In this document: one piece after another, positions 13,580 through 25,880 of the stretch
How positions within the stretch are numbered: position 1 is the stretch's first letter
Layout of the letters: every line of letters starts with the position of its first letter
Origin: Okamejei kenojei
Taxonomy: Eukaryota
Reading direction: 5' to 3'
DNA: 64,000 nt
Assembly: GCA_035221665.1 (NCBI GenBank)
Contig: CM069158.1
Coordinates: forward strand, 27,094,001 to 27,158,000
Made by a program: the position numbers and the translations under genes
The notes under the pieces: generated by a model
What the model was told of the DNA's origin: nothing
Databases searched by the model: none
Seen by the model: only the letters and a program-made list of their open reading frames with translations

Positions 13580-14745
13580 ACATGGAACAGTACAGCACAA
13601 GAAAAGGCCCTTCGGCCCACAGTGTCCATGCAGAACATGATGACGTTAAACTAATCTCCTCTGCCGGGCTTCACATCCATGTGACTACCCAAAAGCCTCT
13701 TAAAATGCCACTATTGTATCTGCCTTCACCACTACCCCTGGCAGCATGTTCTAGGCGTCTATCACTCTGTGAAAAACATTTGCCCTGCACATCTCCTTTA
13801 AAAAATTTGGCCCTTCACCTTAAAGCTATGGCATCTAGTCTTTGACATTTCCACTTTCAGAAAAAGATTATGCCTCTCATAATTTGACATACTTCATCAG
13901 ATCTTCCCGATTTCCAGGACAAGGGGTCACAGCTTAAGGATAAGGGGGAAATCCTTTAAGACCGAGATAAGAAACGACATTTTTCACACAGAGAGTGGTG
14001 AGTCTTGGAACTTCTCTGCCACAGAGGGTAGTTGAGGCCAGTTCATTGGCTATATTTAAGAGTGAGTTGGATGTGGCCCTTTGTGGCTAAGGGGATCAGA
14101 GGGTTACGGGATACTGAGTTGGATGATCAGCCATTCATATTGAATGGCGGTGCAGGCTCGAAGGGCTGATTGGCCTATCCTGCACCTAATTTCTATGTTT
14201 CTATGTTTCTATGTTTCAACCCCCAATGCTCCTGAGAAATCAATCCAAGTTAGCCTAACCTCTCCTTGTAGCTAAATACCCTCTAATCCAGACAGCATTT
14301 CTTTGGCACCCGCTCCAAAACGTCCACATTTTTCCTGAACTGCACGCAATACTCCAAATACAATACAATACAACCTAACCAAAGTCCTATAAAGCTGCAA
14401 CATGACTTCCGTACTCTTGTACTCGATGCTTGACCGTTGAAGTCAAGCATACCATACGCCTTCTTTACTCCTCCATCTACTTGTGTTGCCACTTTCAAAG
14501 AGCTTTGGATCTGGGCCCCAAGGTCCCTCTGTACATCACTGCTGTTAAGGGTCTTTCTTGCCCATTGACTTTCCCTTTACATTCAGCTTCCCAAAGTGTA
14601 ACACCTCACACTTGGTCAGGTTAAACTCCATCTGCAATTTCTCCACCCATACCTGCAGCTGATCTAGATCCCGCTGGACAATTTGACATCCTTGCGCATC
14701 ATCTGCACCTCCAGCAACCTTGGTGTCATCTACTAACCAACCCAG
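13580..14745 (-). mobile_element. CR1-clade LINE fragment with a nested opposite-strand LINE 3' end (13915-14215)
   Basis: DDTKVAG...QRDLDQLQVWVEKLQMEFNLTKCEVLHFG and VKKAYGML; nested (TTTCTATG)n tail. Confidence 0.75.
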
Positions 14746-15364
14746 GTCACAGGCGCTGGCAATTTGATGGAACACAACATTACAAACTATATCCCTTTTG
14801 AGATTCCATTTTTTTTGGCACCATAAATTGCGTGCGCCCCAAACGGATGATGGTTTGGCGGGCGAAAAGGCACCTTTGACCCCCTTGAATCTCTGGGTGC
14901 TCTGTGACTCTCCAGGACCATCCCCAATCACTGATTGTGGATGATCAGCCATGATCACATTGAATGGCGGTGCTGGCTGGAAGGGCCAAATGGCCTACTC
15001 CTGCACCTATTGTCTATTGTGTACCTCCTAAATCCCTCCGAGTTAAAGATGGATAAATAGACTCAGTAAAAGAACAGCTGAAGAAGGGTTCCGACTCAAA
15101 ATTCCGCCTATCCTTTTTCTCCAGAGATGCTGCCTGATCTTCTGAGTTACTCCAGCACTTTGCATTTAAATCGAAATCAGGTTCAGAAATGGAATACAGA
15201 CAACAAATGGATTGTGAGAGACAGTAAGAAACACAAAGGAAAAGAAAGGGGAATCACCAGCAACAAATCACTACCTTAAAGAATTGGACTTCACATCTTT
15301 AGTTGTCCACTAACTGTGCTGCAGAGATTGATGAAGAAGTATGTAGATAAAGGGGTACTAATTT

Positions 15365-15665
15365 TTAGTTTAGTTTAGAGATACAGCTCAGAAACAGGCC
15401 CTTAGGTCCACACCGACCAGCGATCCCCGCAAACTAACATTATCCTACAGACACCGGGGACAATTTACATTTACACCAAGCCAATTAACCTACAAACCAG
15501 TACGTCTTTGGAGTGTGGGAGGAAACCGAAGATCTCAGAGAAAACCCATGCAGGTCATGGGGGGAACGTGCAAACTCCGTACAGACAGCACCCGTAGTCG
15601 GGATCGAACCTGGGTCTCTGGCGCTTTGAGCACTGTAAGGCAGCAACTCTACCGCTGCGCCACCA
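15365..15665 (-). mobile_element. tRNA-derived SINE (HE1-like)
   Basis: Full-length copy with A/B boxes and an (AAACT)n tail. Confidence 0.82.
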
Positions 15666-16693
15666 TTCCGTGTTATTGGTAATTCAGCGGAGTTATCAAC
15701 TGGCCTCAGTGAGAACTGAGTTTCAGCCACTGTCACTGTACTTTAGTATGCAACAACATAAATGCACTAATGCAAGTGTCAGGGGTCATGGGGAGAAGGC
15801 AGAAGAATGGGGTTGAGAGGAAAAGATAGATCAGCCAAGATTGAATGGTGGCATTGGTGGGCCGAATGGCCTAATTCTGCCTCTAGAACTTATGAACATG
15901 AGGTTAGTGAATTAGAAAGCATAGCATGACGCACAATGCATTATTGCTGGCACTTCATGAAATGAAAACCAGTAGTAGGAGGCAGTCTAGCACATTGGAT
16001 TATATGTTAGGGATATTAAACTATTAAATCAGCTGCATTACCCCACAAAGTCACTTACTTCTAAGTTCACCATTTCCAAAAGCACACCATGCAGTATGGC
16101 AATCCAAGTGTGGACATTTACAGATGTATTTGAGCACGACTTATACACAGCGATTTTCAATTGTAGCACACAGTGACAGGCCATTCAGTCCAATATGGCT
16201 CCACGTAAACCCTCCCTCCCCCCCCCCCCCACCCCATCACATTCATTTAACCCTGTCAACATACCTTTCCATCCCTCTGTCTTGTCTGCTTAGATGTTTG
16301 AAAATGATTCAAATTAAGTCACCTCAACCTTTTTACGTGTTTCTCATCTTTAACTCAGAGTAGGAAATTTAATGTTAATATTCTACGGTGTTTATTAATT
16401 ACTAATTTAAGGTTATTGCTACGCCCTAACTCACAAAGCCTCAGTGCCTTGCTTTACTAAAACCTTCTGCCTGATAACCACTCGGTCTAATTTGTTAAAG
16501 ATTCCTGCTGTGTTATGTTTTTCCTGTTAGATTTGACCAGTTCTGGTATCGTTGCAATGGATTTTTCTGTCCTTCTGCCCACTCTCCTTGGCGAAACATA
16601 CAGAAACTGGAAAGCGCACAGCGTCAGACACAGGAGCAGCTTCTTCCCCACTGTTATCAGGCTTCTGAACAGTCCTTCCAGAAGCCACGGTGC

Positions 16694-16964
16694 CCCTTTT
16701 CCGGGGTTACGTCCGTGCCCGGATGGGGTTAGAAAGGGAGTACGCCCTGTCCACGGGCACCCTGGGGGAGTTGCGGGACTGCTGGGCTCCGCAGGGTGTT
16801 GAATACATCCTTGACAAGGAGTGTAAGATAGCTGTATAGTCGTTTAGTAAGGATATGTGCTTGCATTGTATTATGGTGGTGGGTTTTGGTTTGTTTTATT
16901 GTAATGTAATATATTTTTTTAAATAATTGAATACATTTTTTGAATTAAAATAAATAAATAAATG
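16694..16964 (+). mobile_element. 5'-truncated Tx1/L1-clade LINE 3' end with TSD
   Basis: Translates FRGYVRARMGLEREYALSTGTLGELRDCWAPQG, then a T-rich UTR and a (TAAA)n tail. 11-bp direct repeat AGCCACGGTGC at 16683 and 16965. Confidence 0.75.
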
Positions 16965-17051
16965 AGCCACGGTGCTGTCCGATTCACCTCTATCCCGTTG
17001 CGGACATCGGACTTTGTCTCTGGAACTGGTGCACCACAATGCTGAGACCTA

Positions 17052-18658
17052 TAGTGGCTTGCAAAAGTATTCATACCCCTTGAACGTTTCCACATTTTGT
17101 CACGTTACAACCACAAACGTAAATGTATTTTATTGGGATTTTATGTGATAGACCAACACAAAGTGGTGCACAATTGTGAAGTGGAAGGAAAATGATACAT
17201 GTTTTTCAAATTTTTTACAAATAAAAAACTGAAAAGTGTGGCGTGCAAAAGTATTCAGCCGCCTTTACTCTGATACCCCTAAATAAAATCCAGTGCAACC
17301 AATTGCCTTCAGGAGTCACCTAATTAGTAAATCAAGTCCACTTGTGTGTAATCTAATCTCAGTATAAATACAGCTGTTCTGTGAAGGCCTCAGAGGTTTG
17401 TTAGAGAACATTAGTGAACGAACAGCATCATGAAGCCCAAGGAACACACCAGACAGGTCAGGGATAAAGTTGTGGAGAGGTTTAAAGCAGGGTTAGGTTA
17501 TAAAAAAATATCCCAAGCTTTGAACATCTCACGGAGCACTGTTCAATCCATTATCCGAAAATGGAAAGAGTATGGCACAACTGCAAACCTACCAAGACAT
17601 GGCCGTCCACCTAAACTGACAGGCCGGGCAAGGAGAGCAGTGATCAGAGAAGCAGCCAAGAGGCCATGGTAACTCTGGAGGAGCTGCAGAGATCCACAGC
17701 TCAGGTGGGAGAATCTGTCCACAGGACAACTATTAGTCGTGCACTCCACAAATCGGGCCTTTATGGAAGAGTGGCAAGAAGAAAGCCATTGTTGAAACAA
17801 AGCCATAGAAGTCCCATTTGCAGTTTGCCACAAGCCATGTGGGGCACAGCAAAAATGTGAAGGAAGGTGCTCTGGTCTGAAGAGACCAAAATTGAAGTTT
17901 TTGGCCTAAATGCAAAACTGCTATGTGTGGCGGAAAACTAACACTGCACATCACCCTGAACACACCATACCCACTGTGAAACATGGTGGTGGCAGTATCA
18001 TGCTGTGGGGATGCTTTTATTCAGCAGGGACAGGGAAGCTGGTCAGAGTTGATGGGAAGATGGATGGAGCCAAATACAGGGCAATCTTGGAAGAAAACCT
18101 GTTAGAGTCTGCAAAAGACTTGAGACTGGGGTGGAGGTTCACCTTCCAACAGGACAACGACCCTAAACATACAACCAGAGCTACAATGGAATGGATCAAA
18201 GCATATTCATGTGTTAGAATGCCCCAGTCAAAGTCCAGACCTAAATCCAATTGAGAATCTCTGGCAAGACTTGAAAATTGCTGTTCACAGGCGCTCTCCT
18301 TCCAATCTGACTGAGGTTGAGCTATTTTGCAAAGAAGAATGGGCAACAATTTCAGTCTCTAGATGTGCAAAGCTGGTAGAGACATACCCCAAAAGACTTG
18401 CAGCTGTAATTGCAGCAAAAGGTGGTTCTACAAAGTATTGACTCGGGGGGCTGAATACTTTTGCACGCCACACTTTTCAGATTTTTATTTGTAGTAACAT
18501 TTGGAAACCATGTATCATTTTCCTTCCACTTCACAATTATGCACCACTTTGCGTTGGTCTATCACATAAAATCCCAATAAAATACATTTACGTTTGTGGT
18601 TGTAATGTGACAAAATGTGGAAAAGTTCAAGGGGTATGAATACCTTTGCAAGCCACTG
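17052..18658 (+). mobile_element. Tc1-family DNA transposon (IR/DR type, Passport-like), full-length
   Basis: TIRs of about 210 bp, (C/T)AGTGGCTTGCAAA(A/G)GTATTCATACCCCTTGAAC..., with an internal CAAAAGTATTCA direct repeat. TA flanks at 17050-17051 and 18659-18660. Confidence 0.96.
17430..18441 (+). pseudogene. Tc1 transposase (frameshifted)
   Basis: HTH region with [48 protein letters not shown] and AKGGSTKY, split across four ORFs. The first catalytic D reads as E (WSEETK). Confidence 0.95.
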
Positions 18659-19613
18659 TACATTCTGCACTCTGTATCTTTTCTTTTACTCTACCTATTA
18701 TATTTGAGTTTGGGTTGATGGTATTTATTCACAGTGCAAAACAAAACTTTTCACTGTCCCTTGGTACACGCGACAATAATTAAACCTAAACCCAGTCTCA
18801 CTTCCAGTGTGTTTAGTCTTATCGGATGGATATCATTTTATGATATAAATTGGCAGTGGAGTTTTTTTTGTATATTCCCCACCACTTCAATGTCATTTTC
18901 ATAATATGACAATTATTTGTATTTAAATAAGTTACAAATGCAATAACATTTGCACAAAGTCTTTTGTTACTTTGTGCTGAGTTCATTAATCAGACCTGTT
19001 GAGAAGGGACTGTTCCTTACATAAGTATAGGATCTCTATTTCAAGATTGTGACAAGCTTTGGTCACTTACAGTTTGCTTGCCAATAACCAATATGAAAAT
19101 GATTCACAACCAAATAAACATCCATTATTATGTGTAGTGTGTACTAGATTAAGCAGCACACCAATTTGTATTGGAGCAGCTAGTTAATACACAGGTGACA
19201 TTGGCACTGCAAACCTGCTGAAGGCAAATAACTAGTCAACAACTGATCAAGTCTGTTTAAGAAAGAACTACTGCAGATGCTGGAACAATCGAAGGTAGAC
19301 AAAAAATGCTGGAGAAACTCATCGGGTGAGGCAGCGTCTATGAAGAGATGGAATAGGAATAGAGAAGGGAGGGTCTCGACCCAAAACGTCGCCTATTCCT
19401 TCTCTCCATAGATGCTCACCTCACCCGCTGAGTTTCTCCAACTGATCAAGTCTACCAGTCTTAGAGCAAAACTTAACGAAGGATGCGTTAACATTTCTGC
19501 AACGCATAGTTGATGAAATCGAGTATAGAAAGGGTGGCACAGTGGCGCAGGTGGTAGAGCTGCTGCTTCACAGTGCTAAAGAACCGGGTTCGATCCTGAC
19601 CTCAGGTGTTGTC

Positions 19614-20740
19614 AGAGTCACACAGCATGGAAACTGGCCCTTCTGTCCAACTTGGCCATTTCGACAAAGAAGACCATCTGCACTACTCTCACCTGCCCGG
19701 AGTTGTCTTATATCCCTCTAAACCTTTCCTATCCGTGCACCTGTCCAAATGTCTTTTAAATGTTGTTATAGTACCTGCCTCAATTGCCTCCTTTGGCCGC
19801 TGTTTCGATATACCAATCACCTTCTGTATGGAAAAAGTTGCCCCTCAGGTTCTATAAAATCTTTCCCCTCACACCTTAAGGCTTTGTCCTCTGGTTCTTG
19901 ATTCCCTGAGTCTGGGTCAAAGACTGTGCACCTATCTAATGACCTCATACACTTATCACCTATCATCCTCCTGTGCTCCAAGTAATAAACACCTTGTCTG
20001 CCTATCCTCTCCCTATAGCTCAGGTCCTGAAGTCCTGGCAACATCCTCATAAATCTTCTCTGCGCTTTTTCCAGCTTAATGACATCTTTCCCATAGCAGG
20101 GTGGCCAAAACTGAACAAAATACTCCAAATGTGGTTTCAGCAATGTCTTGTACAATGTAACATAACATCACAACTTCTATACTCAATACCCTGACTGATG
20201 AAGGCCAATGTACCAGAAGCCTTCTTGACCACCCTATCTACCCGTGATGACAATTTCTGTGAACCATGCACCTACAAGCCTAGATCCCTCTGCTCTACAT
20301 CACACCCCTAGACCCCTGCCATTCACTGTGAAGGTCTTGTCCTGGTTTGACTCCCCAAAATCAACACCTCGCACTTATCTGCATTAAACGCCATGAACCA
20401 TTCCTCAGCCCACTTGCCGAACTGATCAAGATCCTCTTACAATTTTTGATAACTATCTTTGTTCCATTTAATACCACTTACTTTAATGTCACCTGCAAAT
20501 CATGCCTTACACATTCTCATCCAAATCATTGATATGGATGACAAATGGCAATGGGCCCAGCACTGATCCCTGAGGCACACCATTAGTCACAGGCCTCAAG
20601 ACCAAAAAACAACCTTCCACCCTCACCCTCTGCTTCCTGCCATGAAGCCAATTTTCTATCTAATTGGCCATCTCTCTCTGAACCCCATGCCATCTAACAT
20701 TGCAGAGCAGCCTACCTTGCGGAACCTTATCAAATGCCTT
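19614..20740 (-). mobile_element. CR1-clade LINE fragment inserted in a SINE
   Basis: YKTLLKPHLEYFVQFWPP...LEKAQRRFMRMLPGL; flanked by the two halves of a SINE. Confidence 0.85.
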
Positions 20741-22912
20741 GCTGTCTGTGTGGAATTTGCACGTTCTCCCTGTGACCGTGTGGGTTACCTCTGGGTACTC
20801 TGGTTTTCACTCACATACCAAAGACATGCGGGTTTATAGGTTAAATGGGCTCTATAAATTGCCTCGAGTGTGTAAGGAGTGTATGAGAAAGTATGATAAC
20901 ATAGAACTAGTGTGAATGGGTGATTGAGTGTGATGGGTCAGCATGGACTTGGTGGGCTGAAGGGCCTATTTTGATGCTGTATCTCCAAACTAAACTAAAG
21001 TAAAAATCTCTAAACTAAAATGATATCAATTAGAATCACATCTCTTCCTACAAACAAGAGAGATTTAGCATTATGTGGATAAACAATAGATATGAAATTC
21101 AAAATAAGCCGAGGACAAATATAGCCGTTAGACATGCCTTGAATGTAGCCAATACTACTACTGCTGCACAACTAAAACATTGTCTTAAAAAAAAATTCCT
21201 CGACAGTCACAAAATGCACGCAAATAATTGGATCTCGTGAATGGTTGTCCAGTCTTTAGGCAGAGTAATGGTGACCCTCTATAAGACTGTTGGACGGCTA
21301 ATAGTTCAGTGTAATAACTCAGCTGGAGCTCTGAGAGTGAACCAGACCTAGCTGCTGGTGCAAGTCTTGTTGTTGCTTCATTACTGAATTGCCCTTTCAC
21401 CTCCTGTCTGACAGACCCATAAAGGCCACAACAACTGTCTGCTGAACACGGGTATTATAACTGGTTATACTTCTAAATCCACCCTTTGTTAAGATCTGAA
21501 TGAGTGAAGTAGTCACCTTTGAGCTTTACAATGCAATGGAGATGCACCACAAGAAGAATGGTTCCCAACCCGAAAACCATCGCCTGTCCATTCCCGCCAC
21601 TGATGCTGCCTGACCCGCTGAATTCCTCCAGCACTTTGTGCTTTACACAACATAAAATGATTTTAGTTTGAGTTTAGTTCATTGTCACGTGTCCCGAGAT
21701 GTAGTGAAAAACTTTTGTCAACCTTTAGCTAGGGTTTTGAAGTAAATTAGACCTTTCAGCAAAGCTCACATTTTTCGACAAATTAACTGAGATAGGAAAG
21801 TGTAAAATGAAACTGGATAAAAGTTAAGAGATTTTGTTCCAATAAATAAAACTCAGAAAGATCTCAAGTGATTCATCCAGTTTATTTCTATAACCCATTC
21901 TCTTCCCATGCCATTCACTCATCACATAGTCCTGAGTCCATTCATGTCATCCTCCAGTTAAAGTAATCAAACTAAAACACGATAGAGCAATAGAAATATT
22001 GAAGTACTCAAAGGTTACATTTTTTTAAATATAGAAATCCCTTCCACTACCCACTGGACTAGGAAAGATTTAATTTAAACACTGAGTGGCAATCCGATAG
22101 GAAGAGGTAAGACAATAATTAAATCACATTGCATGTGGTAACATGAGGTGATTTTCTCCTCATGGGATCACACGAGTCATAAAGTCATACAACATGGCAA
22201 CATGGTATTTGGCCCACGGGTCTTCACTGACCATCACGCACCCATTTACACTAATCCCATATTATTTTCCCCAGATCCTACCATTCATCTACATACTAGG
22301 GACATCTTGCAGTGGCCTTACAAACTATACCCCTTTGGGATGTGGGAAGAAAACAGAACATTTTCTCTCACAGGCTCATGAACTCTACCCTGATTCTCCT
22401 ACCAGCTGTCTACATTAGGGAGTAATTTGCAGAGGCCAGTTAACCTACCAACCAACTTTTCTTCCGGATGTTGGAGGAAGCTGGAGCTCCCCGAGAAAAC
22501 CCACACAGTTACAGAAAGAATATGCAAACTCCACCCAGAGAATGTTGATGGTCAGGATTGATCCCAAGCTGCTGGAACTGTGAGATGCCACTGGCCCATC
22601 TATCGTTAACAACACCTGATATGCGTTCCAACGGAATCTTACAGCATTGTGAGATAGATTGAAGGTGCTTACAGCCGCATTTGATCTAGTTCAAATTCAA
22701 TACAACATAAAACTCATTATTTAGTTCCTAATTTTATTTTACTTTTTGTGTTAATGAAAAGCATTATCATCAGTTTGGACTATATATCCTAGAGTAAACT
22801 CAGAACTTATTGTCCATTAATTAGTACCATTATTAATGGTTTTTAAAAAAAAGCCCAACAAATATTGGAGGACAATTTTTATTTTCAGCGGAAATAGTTG
22901 TTTTTTTCTTAC

Positions 22913-23525
22913 CTTCAGAAAGATGCAGAACCATCAGCCTCACCATTTCTGCGGCAGATTTTAAATGAAATGCCAAATTTCTGAGAAGGAGCAGTGCACT
23001 ATGCCTTTGCTTTGCACCAGAACAGATCCCAAACGTGGCCGCATGGCTGTCATTGTACAGAGCCACATCTTCAATGAAACGGCGTTCATATCCAGTCATG
23101 GCACCGGTCACTTCCAGGTAATTCATGCTTTGCTCATCACTTTGCAGCCTGCACACTGGTTCTTTAAAAGCACTCGGACTTCTTGGCTGAGACCTCGTGT
23201 CCCACTCTTCACGTAGGTTTGCGTTTGCTGATTCTCCGTCAGAAGGGAGCTTGCTCTGGGTAATTTTACTGTCCTTGCTTGATGGTTGTAACAATCTTCC
23301 TCCTGCTCCTGGTGCAGAGAGAGAGTCTGTGTCACACGTTGACATGCTATCAGCAGAGCAGTTTTCTTGTGCTTCAGCCAAATGCAAGTCAGAAAAACCA
23401 TTTGACGGGCTGGTGGCCGATTCTACCACATTTTCGTCCACTTTCCGAATGTTCTGCTCCACTGGAAGCGCGCAAATTAACAAAAAGAAAAAAGGAGAGA
23501 CAACAAAAGTTGAGACAGCCTCCAT
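22913..23525 (-). CDS. AMH: Anti-Mullerian hormone, coding exon 1 (signal peptide and N-terminal prodomain)
   Basis: ATG at 23525 begins hydrophobic MEAVSTFVVSPFFFLLICALP. The exon ends ...AATFGICSGAKQRHSALLLLRNLAFHLKSAAEMVRLMVLHLSE, resembling human AMH ...LATFGVC...RLVVLHLEE. GTAAG donor follows 22913 (613 nt, phase 1). It lies downstream of SF3A2 on the same strand, as in amniotes. Confidence 0.9.
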
Positions 23526-23575
23526 GATTGATCTGGCTTTGTCGAGGACTGAAGGAATGCGATGCAAGTGTTGGC

Positions 23576-23778
23576 TTTGTCTTTGTAAAGATAAGCCTTG
23601 TTGATTGTGTTACATTAAAGCTGGTGAAGGAGTGTTTCGTAGATATTTATAGAACAAAAGCAGACCTTGTATTTTCTTTCATGGATATCATACAATGGCA
23701 AATGTGCCAAAAAGCTCTGGATCAACATTCTTTTTTATGCTACAAGTTTAGCTGCATCAAAATCCTGTTACCTTGAAA
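23576..23778 (-). promoter_or_regulatory. Putative AMH proximal promoter (TATA, NR5A1-like, SOX-like and GATA motifs)
   Basis: Minus-strand TATAAATA at 23644-23651, CAAGGTC at 23663-23669 and TCAAGGTAA near 23768-23776. Plus-strand ACAATGG near 23692, CTTTGT at 23575/23581 and AGATAA near 23589. Confidence 0.5.
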
Positions 23779-24509
23779 TGGTGGGATGAAGAAGGAAACT
23801 GGTGTGAGATTTGTATTTATTTTAATTGTTATCTATCTAAGGAGCAAACTCAAGACTCAATAACATTATGTCAAGATTTTACTATAAACATCCTAATAAA
23901 AAATACACATGCATTGAGCAAGTCAAACAAGTTTTTGATTTTTTTTTTCACACATGATGATCAGAACCATGTTATCAGAATGAGACACAAAAATGCTGGA
24001 GTAACTCAGCAGGTCAGGCAGTATCTCTGGGGGACTTGGATAGGCCCCGTTTCAGGTTGGGACCCTTATTCAGAGTTATCATAATGTTATTTTAATACAC
24101 AAGTAGGGGACACTATAGCAGAATAAATTACGGAACCAATGAGAAGAGTCCTTGACTATTGATCTGAAGACGTGAATATAAATATCACAAATTTATAGTT
24201 ATATAATTCTATATAATTTATAATTATATAGTTTGTGGTCACTTACATAATTTCATAAAACATAAACCAGAATTAGGCCATTCGGTCCATCGAGTCTACA
24301 ATCATGAAAACTATTTTTTTCCTCTCAATCCCATTCTCCTGCCTTCTCCACATAACCTTTGATGCCCTTACTAATCATAACCTATCAATCTCTGCTTTGA
24401 AAATACCCAAATAACAACCTTGACAGCCGTCCGTGTCAATGAATTCCACGGATTCACCGCCCTCTGGGTAACGAAATTCATCATCTCCTTTCCACAGGTA
24501 CATCCTTTA

Positions 24510-25880
24510 TTATAGAAAATAGGTGCAGGAGGAGGCCATTTGGCCCTTCGAGCCAGCACCGCTATTCATTGTGATCGTGGCTGGATCATCCACGATCAGT
24601 AAGCCTTCTCCCCATAATCCCTTGATTCCGCTAGCCCCTAGAGCTCTATCTAAATCTTTTTAAAATTCATCCAGTGAATTGGCCTCTACTCTCTTCCACG
24701 GCAGAGAATTCCACAAATTCACAACTCTCTGGGTGAAAAAAGTTTTTTCTCATCTCAGTTTTAAATAGCCTCCCGTTTATTCTTAGACTGTGGCCCCTGG
24801 TTCTGGACTCCCCCAACATTGGGAACATTTTTCCTGCATCTAGCTTGTCCATTCCATTTATAATGTTTCTATAAGATACTCTCTCATCCTTCTAAATTCC
24901 AGTGAATACAAGCCCAGTCTTTCCTCATATAACAGTCCCGCCATCCCATGGATTAATCCCAATAGCAAGGATGTCCTTTCTCAAATTAGGAGACCAAAAC
25001 TGCCCACAATACTGCAGATGTGGTCTCACCAGGGCCCTGTACAACTGCAGAAGAACCTCTTTACTCCTATACTCAAATCCTCTCGTTATGAAGGTCAACA
25101 TGCCATTAGCTTTCTTCACTGCCTGCTGTGCCTGCATGTTTACTTTCATTGACTGGTGTACAAGGACACCCAAGTCTCGTTGCACTTCCCTTTTTCCTAA
25201 TCTGACACAATTGAGATCATAATCTGCCTCCTTGTTCTTGCTACCAAAGTGGATAACCTCACACTTATGAAGATTATGCTGCATCTACCATGCATCTCCT
25301 CCACTCACCCAACCTGTCCAAGTCACCCTGCATCCTAGCATCCTCTTCGCAGTTCACACTGCCACCCAGCTTTGTGTCATCTGCAAATTTGCTAGTGTTA
25401 CTTTTAATCCCGTCATCCAAATCATATATATATATATATATATATATTGTGAATAGTCGCGGCCCCAGCACCGAGCCTTGCGGCACACCACTTGCCACTG
25501 CCTGCCATTCTGACAGGGACAGTTTATTCCTACTCTTTGTTTCCTGTCTTCCAACCAATTCTCTATCCATGTCAATATCCTATCCCCAATACCATGTGCC
25601 CTAATTTTGCCCACTAATCTCCTGTGTGGGACCTTATCAAAGGCTTTCTGAAAGTCCACATACAATATATCCACTGGCTCTCCATCCATTTTACTTGTCA
25701 AATCCTCAAAAAAATCCAGAAGATTAGTCAAGCAGGATTTCTCCTTCATAAATCCATGCTGACGTGGACCAATCCTGTTACTTCTATCCAAACGCATCGC
25801 TATTACATCTTTGATAATCGACTCCAGCATCTTCCCCACCACCGATGTCAGGCTCACTGGTCTATAATTCCCTGTTTTCT
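24510..25880 (-). mobile_element. CR1-clade (HER1-like) LINE, 5'-truncated
   Basis: [79 protein letters not shown]. Confidence 0.92.

Noticed and set aside
14545-14958. 137-aa ORF as a host gene
   Set aside because: Chimeric read-through of adjacent repeat fragments ending in CR1 RT sequence.
19531-19606. tRNA gene
   Set aside because: The A/B boxes belong to the tRNA-derived head of a high-copy SINE; no cloverleaf.
21185-21400. Minus-strand 71-aa ORF as a candidate extra AMH exon
   Set aside because: No AMH similarity, and exon 1 joins 11273 in phase without it.
23526-23567. Extended AMH N-terminus MHRIPSVLDKARSI from the ORF track
   Set aside because: Begins at TTG; the ATG at 23525 directly precedes the signal peptide.
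22965-23604. Plus-strand ORFs of 82-135 aa
   Set aside because: Antisense shadows of AMH exon 1.
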